This document shows positions 38,501-50,203 of a stretch of 64,000 nucleotides of DNA, in pieces; the first letter of the stretch is position 1; each line of letters starts with the position of its first letter. The notes beneath the pieces are model-generated. The model worked only from the letters and a program-made list of their open reading frames with translations, made no database searches and was not told the DNA's origin. This DNA is from Cyanophora paradoxa CCMP329 (taxonomy: Eukaryota; Plantae; Glaucophyta): assembly GCA_004431415.1 (NCBI GenBank), contig QPMI01000400.1, positions 124,001 through 188,000 of the forward strand, written 5' to 3'. Position numbers and translations under genes: made by a program.

Positions 38501-38875
38501 TCCATCCCCAACGCGCCCCCCGGCGTCCCCGACGGCGGCCCCTCCTCCTCCTCCCCTGTGCCTCAGCTGGTGCGTTCGCCCCGCCGCACCGACCCCCGCC
38601 CCGAGCGATCGGCCTCGCAGGGCGGCCCGGAAGCGCCGGAGGGAGCGGCGGGCGGGCCGAGCGGGGCGGGGGCGCCCGGGCAGCTGGTGGCGCTGGCGCT
38701 GGCGGGGGCGCCGGCCGGCTTCCGGCGGCAGGTGGCGACGACGACGGCGATCACGCTGAGGGACCTGCTGCGCACGATGGAGAGGCACCCCGTCCTCCGC
38801 AAGTCCCGCGTCCTCTACCGCGCCTACGCTCGCCTCGGCGAGCCCAAGCCCGGCCTCTCCGCCCCCTCCCCCTAG
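35517..38875 (+). CDS. TAF4: TFIID subunit TAF4 with RST domain
   Basis: RST-like FSAIIESAK..PDKHQLLNSLSERFRRNEVKKEQVVKELQGIVGVDLL. Histone fold EAIQLMSHALEIFCSNLV. Also VTSDVKK, SANKTALAAVG and C-terminal ITLRDLLRTMERHP..KSRVLYRAY. Confidence 0.88.
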
Positions 38876-39224
38876 CCCTCCCCTAATCGCCTCCTCCCCC
38901 TTCCCTCCCTCCGGATCCGAATCCGTTTTCCCCTCTCGTCCACCTCTCGTCCCAATTTATTCTCCTCTTGCAATTGGCGGCGAATTAAGCGCGATGTGGG
39001 GATCTGGAGAGGGGGGAATTCGAAGGGAGAGGAGAAAAAATGATCTAGGGAGAGGGGAAAAAGGACGGGGATATAGCGGTGCACGTGGATCGAGGGGTCC
39101 GACGGTCTGGATTGAGGAACTTTGGAATTCGAAAAGAATGGTGTGCGCTTCCGGCCTTCCAGCGCGCAAGAAAGCTCATTTCGCGCAGAATACGGCAGTG
39201 GGAGAGGAGCTGCAGCGTGCGGGG

Positions 39225-40313
39225 ATGAAGCGGCGGCAATCGGAGCCCATCGCGCCCCAGTCGCAGGTTCCCGACTCGCAGCTCGACAGGACGACTTCTT
39301 TCTCTTCATCCGTTGCCGTGGTGGTTGATGACGTCGGCCCGGAGCTTGGAGGCCCCGCGGGCGCCTCGTGCGATGATCATGAGCTGGACATCGATGAGGA
39401 GCTGCGGCGGCGCGGCATCAGCGGCGAGGATCTTGGCAACAATCAGGAGGCCGACAACCTTCGCAAGCTTCGGAGGGTGACGGAGGCGGGCGTGCACGAG
39501 GCCGCGGTGTGCTTTTCCAGTTTCCTGAAATTTGATCGGCGTTTGAATTTCTCAATGCTCGGATATTCGCGCGCCTATCTCCGCCCGCGACGCGTCCTGA
39601 ATACGTCTGAGCCTCTCTTTGCCCTCGCAGGAGGATGGCCACGGAGAGCGCTGTGATCAAGGCGGCGAGGCAGAGGGCGAAATGAGCGAGGCGCAGCTTC
39701 GCGTCCTGGACGCTCGCAGGCGCATCGCGGAGCTGCAGGTGATCTAAGCTTTCACTTTCTGTGGCACTGCGGCACCCACATGTGATCGATAGCCCTGATT
39801 TTCCTGCATCAGGACCGCAGCGAGACCGTGATGACGAATTTCTTTAAGCAGCTCCAAGATCTGGTGCGCTCGTGCCAGTGCTTTGCCCTAGGGCTTTTTT
39901 TTGCTTGCTCGCAGCGTAGCTTAATCCGAGAACCGTTGATGCAGACTTCGGAGTTCTACACAAACGGTGCCCTGCGCTCCGGGGCCCGTGGCTGCAGTTA
40001 TTTCGCAACGTGGCTGACTTGCAATTGGTGACCTGGCCCTCTCCGGTCCTCGCTTGCAGTGTCCACTTGCATGGCGAACCACATCATTCGCGAGGAGGAG
40101 CTCATTCAGCACATCTTGGAGGTCCGCTCAAACCTGTCAGTCCGGCTTCGCTTCCGGCCGCCGCGCGGCTCAACGCGCGGCCCCCCGGCCCCCTCCCCCC
40201 CTCCCCCCTCTCCCCCGCCGCAGGTGGACGAGGAGACCAAGACGCTGTACCAGGAGCTCAGCACCGTGAAGGAGGGCACCGCGCACCTCAACATGTCCAT
40301 CAACGCCGGCTGA
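39225..40313 (+). CDS. Small 6-exon coiled-coil protein, tentatively SYCE2-like
   Basis: Exons 39225-39506, 39631-39738, 39813-39863, 39945-39966, 40060-40121 and 40224-40313 join in frame with GT-AG introns. The gene model is solid; the family call is weak. Confidence 0.6.
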
Positions 40314-40506
40314 GCGCGACTCGGCGCCCCCGACTCCGCCCCGAGCCAGCTTTCAGGATCACGTGCAAGCGCCGGCGGAGCCTGTCCCGAATCCGAATCC
40401 GAACCCACGCGGATGTAAACCATTTAGGACTGTATTGTTTACGCTTAGACAGAATGCAGAGTAACCGCACTGAGGGGGCGAGAGCCCAAGCGGGGCGCCG
40501 GGGGGC

Positions 40507-43148
40507 TCAGGCGGGGGCGTCGGGGTCGGCGTCCTCCTCCGGGGGGAGGGCCCTGTAGGGGGCCTTGCCGGGGGAGCCCGAGGAGAAGAAGGCGCGGAGC
40601 TTGGAGAAGGAGCCGTTGGCGGCGCGCGCCGACTCCGCGAGGCGGGGCCGGTGCGCGTGCTTCCCGTGCACGGCGTGCACCGCCGTCGCGAAGGGCTCCG
40701 CGGGGCCCCGCGCCACCTCGCCCTCCCCGCCCGGCCCCTCCCCGCCCTCGGGCTCCGGCGTGAGGCGCCCGTGGGCGTGGGCGTGGGCGGCGCGGGCGGG
40801 CGGCCGCTCGGCGGCCTCGAGGGCGGCCTCCTCGTCGGCGTCGAGGAGGGGCGAGTGCATCTCCTCGCCCGGCGCCTCGGAGCGCTCGCGGGCGAGGAGC
40901 GCCTCCCGCTGCCAGTCGATCCGCAGGAGGAAGAGGCTCTGCACGAGCGCCACGACGACCGTGCCGCACGCCAGCCCGATCCAGATGCCGCGCAGGCCCC
41001 AGCCGACCTTGAAGGCGAAGGTGTAGGCGCACGTGAGGCCCACGCCGGAGAAGCCGATGAGGTTCGCCACGGCCCCGACCGTCGGCCGCCCGATGCCCCG
41101 CAGCACGCCCCCTTGGCTGCACTGCATCCCGTCTGCGCCGCCCACCGACGTCATGCACCCGGCGATGCGGGCGCGCAGGGCGGGGGCGGGGGCGGGGGCG
41201 GGGGCGGGGGCGGGGGCGGGGGCGGAGGCGGGGCGCACCGAAGATCTGGAAGGCCGCCATGATGGGGAGCATCGCCGCCACTGCCGCGCCGCAGCGTCAG
41301 CGGGGCGCGCGAGCGCGGGGCGCGGGGCGGGGGACGGGCAAGGCGGCGCTCACCGCGGTCGACGACCTCGTGCTCGCGGGTGTACGCGTAGGCGAGGTAG
41401 TGGCGGGTGGAGAGCACGAAGAGCGCCTCGACCGCCATCCCCGCTGACGCACGGTGAGGGGCGGAGGGCGGCGCCGGGCGGCGGCCGGGCGGCACCGCAG
41501 GCGACGGTGACGCAGACGCGGGCGGAGCGGCGGGCGCGGGCGGCGTCCCCCGCGCCGAGGAAGTTGCCGATGCGCGTGCTGCCGGCCCCGGAGACCCCGA
41601 GGCAGTACATGAAGAAGAGCGCCGCCAGCTGCGCCCCACCGCGTCGAAAAGGGCGGGGCAGGGCCAGGCCGGCGGGGCAACTCGCGCGGGCCTGAAGTGT
41701 TATGGCGTGCGCATCGAGAGAGATTTGCCCGAGCAAGCCGGCCATCAGAGACGCCGTCTCGAAGCCCCACGCCTGCCGAGCGGAGGCGCGGTGGGCCGAA
41801 AGGGGAGGGGCGGGGCAAGGGGGCGGGGCGGGGGCGCCTCGAGGCAGATCATGGCCGAGGCGGGGAGGGCGAGCTTGAAGGCCGTCCAGAGGCCGGCGGC
41901 GCTGAGGGCGGCCCGCGGCTGCCAGCCGGGCCACGTGCTCCTGTGCAGGCCCATCACCAGAATGTACCCCAGGAGGAGCCCGAACTGCAGCCAGCGCTGC
42001 GCACGCCCCCGCCCGCGTCGGCGCCGGCGCCCCTGCTGGGGCGCGCGGGGGCGGCGGGGCGGACGGAGATGGTGGTGGCGAGGGAGGAGCCGGTGAAGCC
42101 GAGGCCGGGCCAGGAGCCGAGGCCGCGGACGAGGAGGAAGTTGAGGGCGAGGTTGAGCAGGTTGGCGATGATGCCCACGACCATCGCCGGCCGCACGTTC
42201 CCCTGCGCCTGCAGGTACTTCTACGCCGGCGTCAGCTGCTGGCACGGGGCGCCCGGGGAGGAGAGGCCCGGGGCGGGACGGGGCGGGGCGGCGCCTGCAT
42301 GAGGAAGAAGTACATGAAAGGGAGCAGGCTGAACAGCTGCGCGTACACGAACTGGCCCGCCAGCTGCCGCGCCGCCGTCGGCCCCGGCGGCGCAGGGCGG
42401 GGCGGGGCGGGGCGGGGCGGGGCGGGGCGGGGCGGGGCCGACCTTGGCGGTGGCGGGATCCTGGCCGATGGCGATAAGGGCGCGCTCCGTGAGTAGCCAG
42501 CAGACGTACACGGGGATCGAGAAGGCGGTCCCCACAACCAGGCCCCGCTGCAGCCAGATCCCCACCAGCATGTACTGCTCTGCGCGCCGGCGGTGATAGT
42601 GAGCGCCGCGAGCGCGCGCGGCTGCGCGGCCCGGCGCACTGGCTCCGTAGGCCTGCGAGCAGAGCGTCTCGAGGGCGGAGGTGGCGCCCTGGCTGCTAAG
42701 GAACGTGGCCCACTGCCACGTATTTGCCAACGCGGCTGCCGCAAGCTTGTCAGGCCCCTGAGGCCCTACGAACATGAGGTCCACAACGCCCATGCTCATC
42801 CCTGCCGTCCGTGTGAGGGCGCGCTGAGCGCTCTCCCGGACGGCTAGAGCGGACACCGCCCGCAACCGCGGGCACGTCTAATGCTCAGCAGCACTGCCTT
42901 CCGCACCCAGGAAATTGGTCATGACGATCGGCCACGCGAGTTTGTACAGCTCGAGCACCTCCTGCCGGTATGATAAGCACGCGGAAGCCGGGCGCGCGCA
43001 CACACAGGACCACTGCCGCGCAGTCTACAACCGCACATATAACCAGAAGCCTTAGAGCGCGTATCCGGCAAGCCCCGCGCACCGTCTTTATCGGCCCAGC
43101 CGTGCTCCGCCTCGCAGCGCTCACACCGCGTTCGAGAGCGGCGGTCAT
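40507..43148 (-). CDS. MATE family multidrug/toxin efflux transporter
   Basis: LYKLAWPIV, LAAAALAN..ALETLCSQAYGA, KYLQAQG, KLALPASAMICLEAWGFE, STRIGNFLGAGD and DGMQCSQGGVLRGIGRP. Confidence 0.92.
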
Positions 43149-43424
43149 AGCGCCCCGTTTCTCGCACTAGATCGCGACGAAAAACGCTAGCTATTGAAGA
43201 CGCGCTGTCGTCGCTTCCCGATGCAGTCGGTCGCACGCTCGCGCTTCTCCCTTGCACTGCCGTCTACGTCTCGCGTCCTCAATTGATGGAGTCCGGCCGC
43301 GCCCGTGGGAATGCTTCAGCGCGCACGCGGATCGGCTCGAAGGCTGCGCGTGCCGGTCGAGCTTCGTTCGCAGGGGGATCGACTTTAGAGGGGCTACAAT
43401 CACGTCGCAGACAAGGCCGGCAAG

Positions 43425-45205
43425 ATGAAGGAGAAGGAGAAGGAGAAAGAGAAGCTGACGTCTTCGAGCGTCGAGATGACGCCGGCGATTCTGAAGAAGC
43501 TCTGTCGGGAGAAGTCGGTGAGTGGGCGGCGCACAGCCGCGCACTTAGCTGCGGGACCCGGGACGCGTTCCGCCGGTGCTAGATCTGCATGAGAGCTCGC
43601 GTAGAGAGCGCTTAGCGCGTTTGATGTCCCCCCGCCGCCGGGGCGGCTTGGGCCGGCTTATTGGGTCAAGTGCCGCGGTCGGTCTGCCGCGCCCGGCGCC
43701 CTTGCATGCCGACGCGGCGTGCTGACGATGTGCATCATTTCCGGGGGCGGTGGATATGCAGGGATTTCAGACGCGTGCGTGGCCCGCCATCAGCCGCCTG
43801 CCACTCGCATCCCCGACGCGCGTGCAGCGCACTTGAACGATAAGTTGTATGGACACTATATGGGCTTCCGCAAGATCCAGAACCTGGAGCAGTACACGGG
43901 GCTCAAGGCCCTGTGGTTGGAGTCGAACGCCCTGTCGAAGATTGAGGGTGCGCGCCTCGCGCGCCGGCCCCCTTCCTTCGAGTGCGAGCCTCACTCCCGG
44001 CAGGCCTGGAGTCGCAGCGGAACCTGCGCTGCCTCTTCCTCCACATGAACTGCATCGAGCGCATCGAGAAGCGCGCCGGCGCCCCGCCCCGTGCCCTCCG
44101 CCACCCGCTGCGGGGCGCTGATGATGCAGCGGGCAGCATCTCGCACATGGGGAGCCTGGACACGCTGAACCTGAGCCACAACCAGATCACGCGGATCGAG
44201 GGGCTCGAGCACCTCCGCTCCCTCCACACCCTGCAGGCCCGCCCCCGCCCCGCCCCGCCCCTGCGCCGCAGAGGCGCTGGGGCGCGCCTGACCGGGCGGG
44301 GCGGGCGCGCAGCTGGCGAAGAACCGGCTGACGGGGCTGGAGGACCTGCGAGCGCTGACGGCGTGCCCCTCCATCAACGTCCTCGACCTCAGCGGCAACC
44401 GCATCGAGGACCACCGCTTCCTCAGTCCGCCCCACGCCCCTCCCCGCGCCTCCCCCGGGGAGGCGAGGCGCGGGGCGCAGTGCTGCTGGAGCAGATGCCG
44501 AACCTGCGCGTGCTCTACCTCAAGGGCAACCCCGTGTGCGAGACGCTGCCGAGCTACCGCCGCTCCCTCATCGCCCGCCTCCCGCTCCTCTCCTACCTCG
44601 ACGACCGTGCGCGGGGCCCCCCCGGCGGGCGCCCGGGCGTCTCCAGCCTGACGGGCGCATGCGGGGCCAGGGCCGGTGTTCGAGCTGGAGCGGCGGTGCG
44701 CGGAGGCGTGGGCGGGGGGCGGCCCCGACGCCGAGGCCTTCGAGCGCCGCAAGTACCGACAGGAGCAGCGCATGCGGTGCCCGCCCCGCCCCGGCGCCGA
44801 CCCCTGCCCCCTGCGCCCCGCTCACCACTCCTCTCGCAGGGAAAAGCGGTGCGCGGGGAGGGGCGGGGCGCGGGGGCGGGGTCCGAGGGCGGAGGGGCGG
44901 CAGGAACTTCGACGCGCTGCGGCGAATGCGGGAGGAGGCGCTCGCCCGCCGCGCCCTCGCCGAGGCCGGCCCCGGCGGCGGCGTCTGGGGGCCCAGCCCG
45001 CCCCCTTCCCCGGCCCCGCAGCCGCCCGAGCGTGCGCGCGCCCCGGGCGAGCGCCGGGGCGAGAGCCGAGGGGGTGGGGGCGCAGAGCCGGAGACGCCGG
45101 CGGGGTACGCGGAGGACGGGGAGCTGGGGAGGGCGAGGAGCGCCTCCGCTTCGACGTCATCGCGGGCAAGCCCGTGCCCCACGCCTACCTCCTCGGCCGC
45201 GCCGC

Positions 45206-45249
<44 letters not shown>

Positions 45250-45859
45250 GGCCCGAGGGCGAGCCGGGCGGGGCGCGGGGGCGCGGGGCCCGTTCCTGGG
45301 CCCGCCGGTGGAGGTCGGGGAGGGGTGCGCGCCGCTGGCGCTGGAGGCGGGGCGGCGGGGCGGGGCGGTGGTGGTGGAGGGGCGGCGCGAGGCGAGCGAG
45401 GTGGTGACGCTGGAGCGGGCGCTGGACGCGAGCGGCTCCCGCGGCACCTGGGTCGAGTACGTCGCCTTCGACGTCGCCGCCCGCCCCGAGGGCCCCGCCC
45501 GGGCCCCAGCCCGGGCCCCGCCCCGGGCCCCGCCGCCCCGGCCCCACGCCCTCGCCGACGCCGGACGAGGCGGAGGCGGAGGCGGAGGCGGCGGAGGAGG
45601 CGATGCTGCGGCGAGTGCTGGCGGAGGAGGCGGAGGAGGCGGCGCGCTGGGCCCGCGTCGCCGCCCGCCGCGCCGCCGCCGAGGCCGCCTGGCGCCGCCC
45701 CGGGAGGAGATCGAGGAGCTCGACCTGCGCCCCGGGGCGGAGGCCGGGGAGGAGGCCGAGGCGGGGCCGAGTGGGAGGAGGAGGAGAAGGGGCCCGAGGA
45801 CGAGTCCCTGCTCGCCTCCCTCCGCGCCGCCGCCGCCGCCCGCCTCGCCGCCCGCCGCT

Positions 45860-45929
<70 letters not shown>

Positions 45930-47077
45930 TGCCGCGTCGGCCGCGGCCGCCGACGAGCCGCCGCCCCTCGAGGAGGTCCCGGAGGCCGCCCCCGCGACCC
46001 CCACTGCCGCCGCCCCGCCTCCCGCCGAAGCCGCGCGGCCCCGCCCGCAGCGCCGGCCGCCTTCCCCCCGCCTCGCCCCGACTCCGCCGGCCCCTCAGCC
46101 CCCACTTCCGCTCCCGCCACCGATCGCACCGACTCCGCTGCCCCTGCCGCCGCCTCGCGGCCCGCCACCGAAGAGAGTCCCGCCGCGGCCAACGCGCCGG
46201 CGCCGCCTCCCGCGGAGCCGGCGGTAGAGGCCCCCGCCGCACGGAAGCGGGACCTCGACGTCGCTGACATCATCCGCGCCGCCCTCTCCCGCCCCGCCCG
46301 CCCCGCGCCGGCCCCCGAAGCCGCGGCCCTGGCCCCGGCCCCATCTATGCCTTTCGACCCGCCCGCCCGACCCGTCTCGCCCCCTCCTGCGCCCTCCTCT
46401 CCAGCACCGCCCCCTCCTGTCCCGCCCGGTGCGGCGTCGTCCGACGCCTCTCCGGCCCCGCCACCGCCACCCCCCGCCGAGCCAGCTCCGCCCTCAGCTC
46501 CAGCACCAGCATCCGACGCGAGAGGCGCATCAAAGCCCCGCCTCGCCCCCGCATCGCCAAGCGCGCCCTCTCCCGAGACATCTCGAGGACAGGCGAGCAT
46601 CCCGCGAGCAGGAAGAAGGTCGGCCTGTGCTCCGGCCCGGCGTCTCGCTCCCGTCCGTCGGCACAACGGCTCAGGCGGCGCCGTGGAAGGACTGCTGCTG
46701 GGCCCGCCCCCGCCGCTGCCCGAGGGGGCGCGGGAGGCCCTTGGAGAGGAGGCGGGGCCGTCCGAGTACGAGCGGCACGTCGCGCGCAGCCTCGCCGTCG
46801 AAACCGCGGGGGCGCGGCCGGCGCCTGCCGCTCCCTGGACCGCCGCAGAGGACAGCATCTTGCAGGAGGCCGTCCGCAGGTCGGCGCGGCCCGCCTTCTT
46901 CCAGGGGGCTCGCAGTCAATTTGACTCGACCGGCGGCGCAGGCTGCGGTTCGACTTCGAGCGTGCGGCGCGCGCCCTGGGGGGGTCCCGCTGCGCGGCGG
47001 CGTGCCGCCTGCGCTGGGCCGCCCTCGAGGCCGCTGCAGCTGCAGCTGCGGACGCCGGCCCCTGGTTCCTCTACTAG
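43425..47077 (+). CDS. DNAAF1: Dynein axonemal assembly factor 1 (LRRC50/ODA7) with a long low-complexity region and a C-terminal SANT/Myb-like segment
   Basis: [48 protein letters not shown]22-type LRRs, LRRcap [21 protein letters not shown] and RRCAEAW. The 3' end (WFLY-stop at 47077) is less certain. Confidence 0.85.
45862..45927 (+). repeat. (GCC)22 microsatellite encoding polyalanine in DNAAF1
   Basis: Uninterrupted GCC run. Confidence 0.9.
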
Positions 47078-47216
47078 CTTCGAGCGCTTGCCATAGCGCG
47101 CGATCGCAAAATTAACGACCCCAGAAACATTTCAGAAGGCCTCTAGCTATAGGGCGGAAGAGCCGTACGCGTGCCACGGTGCTTTCTTCAGTGGGCGGCC
47201 GCGGTGTGCGGTATTC

Positions 47217-47264
47217 AGTCGGAAGTACGTACCCAGCGTAGGCCGAAGTCGGAAGTACGTACCC
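47217..47264. promoter_or_regulatory. 18-bp direct repeat AGTCGGAAGTACGTACCC x2 upstream of PMT
   Basis: Identical copies at 47217-47234 and 47247-47264. The regulatory role is inferred from position only. Confidence 0.4.
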
Positions 47265-47487
47265 GGCCTAATCCGTTCGCACCAATTTGCAAACACCACG
47301 CGGGCGCACGAGCGCAGCGCACGACAGTGTGCGATCTCCTGCCTGCTCTATAACTACGCCAGCGGCCTAGGCCTCCCTGCAGCGCTCAATCGCCGCGCGC
47401 TCTCCCTCCTCTCGTTAGCAGACCCGCGCTCCGATCACAGCGCGCAATCGTCAGCTCGTCCGTTGATGCGCTAGCGATGCAGGCCCA

Positions 47488-49994
47488 ATGGAGTCGCTGA
47501 GGCGGCGCCACCCGAACGCGTCGCCGGCCGCGGCCGAGAAGCGCGACTCGCCGGCCGCGCAGGCTCCCGCGAGCGACTTCGTGCACATCAGCGCAAGCGA
47601 GGACAAGCCATCAGCCGTCGGCAGGCGCTCGGCCTCCCCGATGACCCCGCGAAAGCGCTCGCCGTCGCCGTCTCGCGACATCTCGCTGCTGCGCGCTCTG
47701 CGCACCGCTCCTCCGCCGCAATCGGTGTTCCACAACAGCACGTTCGGGCTTCTTCTCATCGTTCTGACCGCTGCGGCGGTCACCCGGTTCCTCCTCATCG
47801 ACTATCCTGACGTATTTCACTCCTCGCACGCGTTCCAGAGAACCGCCACTCACGCTGCTGTCGCAGTCCGTGGTCTTTGACGAGGTTCACTTCGGCGGCT
47901 TTGCGAACAGGTCCGGCGCCCGCGCGCGCGTGCTGCGTCCCGCGGCCCGCCTCCCTCCGGCCCTGCCACCTTGATGCGCGCGCCCGAGCTCGGCAGGTAC
48001 TGCGAGGGGCGCAACTTCTTCGACATACACCGCGCGCCCCGGCCTCGTCCCCCGCCGCGCCCCCGCCCTCCCCGCACCGGCGTCGACGGCGCCGCGCGCG
48101 CGCAGCGCCGCTGGGGAAGCTGATCCTGGCGGCGGCGGCGCGCATGCGGCCCGAGTACAAGTGCGACTTCAACTTCGGGGCGATCGGGAACAGGTACTCC
48201 GAGAACAGCACGGGGGTCCCCTACGCCCTCCTCCGCTCCTTCCCCGCCGCGTCCGCACCGCACCCGCGCCCGCCTCCCCGCCCGTCGCTGAGGCGCCGGG
48301 CAGGGCGAGCGTGGCGAGCGCCGGGGTGGTGTTCGCGCTGGGGCGGCGGCTCGGGATGTCCCCCGCGACTTCGACGCTGGCCGGCCTCCTCTTCGTCCTC
48401 GAGCCGGCGATCCTCCTGCAGTCGCGCCTCGTCCTCATCGACTCCTTCCTGCTCCTCTTCGCCCTCGTCTGCCTCCTCGCCTCGTTCTCGTCCGCCCCCC
48501 GCCCCGGCGCCCGCCCGCGCCCCGCCGCCCACGCGCGCCGGCCGCAGCCTCGCGGAGCACCTGCCGGGGGCGGGGAAGGGCCGGGAGCCCTTCACGAGGC
48601 GCTACTGGGCGTGCCTCCTGGCGACGGGCGCGGCGGCGGGCCTCGCGGTCAGCGTCAAGTGGACGGCGCTCGCCTCGCTCGCAGCTGTCGGCCTCCACCA
48701 CGCCGCCCTCGTCCGCCCCCGGCTCCTTCAAGGGCCCGATCGGTCAAGGGCTGACCCAGCGGCCCCCGGGTCCGCAGGCCGTGCTGACCATCCGCGCCTC
48801 CGCCCCGGGGCGCCCCGCCCGCCTCGCCTGGGCCGACGCCCTCACGGTGCCATGCGCGCCCCCCTCTCCCTCCCCTCCCAGCCCTGACGGCGGCGGCAGC
48901 GGGGCGCGGCCCTCATCGTCGTCCCATGCGCCGTCTACCTCTGCTTCCAGCGCGCCGCGCCGCCCCCCCGCGCCCCGCGCCGGCCCCGCGCGAGCTGCCG
49001 GCCCGCCCTCGCAGGTGGCTCCACTTCGCGGCGCTCCCGCGGAGCGGCCCCGGGGACGCCTTCTACACGCCGGCCTTCCGGGCGGCGCTGGAGGGGGGCC
49101 TGCGGGAGGGGGAGACGCTGGAGGGGACGCCCCTCCCCTTCCTCGCCCGCGTCCGCGAGATGAACCGCGTCATGTTCAAGTCCAACAGCGGCCTCCGCGC
49201 CACACAGTGACCCCTCTCCCGCCCGCACCCTCGCCCGCCCGCCTCACCCGCCTCGCGCAGCCCGTACCAGTCCGTGTGGCACGAGTGGCCCCTGGGGCGC
49301 GGCTCCATGTTCTACTGGAGCGGCGCCGCCCAGCCCGAGACCTGGCCCAACGGGCCCGCCCCGCCCCGCCCCGCCCCGCCCCGCGTCGCTCCGCCCCGCC
49401 CGAGCGGGCCGCGCAGGCAGCCGAAGGAGCGGCGGATCTTCCTGCTGCTGAACCCCGCCGTGGCGTACCCGGCCGCCGCCGCCCTCCTCGCCTTCTGCGT
49501 TTTCGCCGCCTATAAGGTCCGCCGGCGCCTTGCCCCGCCCGGCGCCCAAGTCGAGGCCTAGGGCGGGCGGGCGGCAGGTGCTCTTCGAGGTACCGTTCGC
49601 GCCGGGGACGCTGCGGCTGCTGTGGACGGGGGCGCTGCTGCTCGCCTCCTTCGCCCTCAACCTCCTCCCCTACGCCCTCGTCCAGCGCTCCACCTTCCTC
49701 TACCACTACTTCCCCGCCCTCCTCCCCGCCCTCCTCCTCGCCTGCGCCCTCCTCGAGCACGCCCTCCGCGCCCGCCCCGCCCTCCGCGCCGCCGCCTGCG
49801 CTGCCGCCGCCGCCGTCGCCGCCGCCTTCTTCGTGCGCCCGCCGCTCGCCGGCGGCCTCTAGATCTACCTCCCCGCTGACGGGGGGCCGGGGCAGGTGTA
49901 TCTGGCGCCGTTCGTGTACGCCCTGCCGCTGACCCCGGAGGGCCTCGCCGCCCGCATGCGCTTCTACCACATGACGGGGCCCCCGCCCGCCTGA
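47488..49994 (+). CDS. Dolichyl-phosphate-mannose:protein O-mannosyltransferase (GT39), lacking MIR domains
   Basis: VVFDEVHFGGFA..Y..G..FFDIHPPLGKL, QSRLVLIDSFL, SVKWTAL, HPYQSVWHEWP, IFLLLNP and TFLYHYFPAL. Confidence 0.9.
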
Positions 49995-50203
49995 GCGCCC
50001 CGAGACGAGCTTCGAACTTCATGCTCAGACGTCGGCGTCACGGCGCGCTTGGAATGGTCAAAGCAGAGTATCCCAGACTGCAGCGCCTTTTGGCTCAACT
50101 GCAGCGCCTGCCTTATTTTTGAGCTGGCCGCAACCTGTCTCTGGTTAGCTCCAATCTGACTCATCGCAATTGTCCGCAAAGTCTCGAGCGGCACGGGGGC
50201 CAG

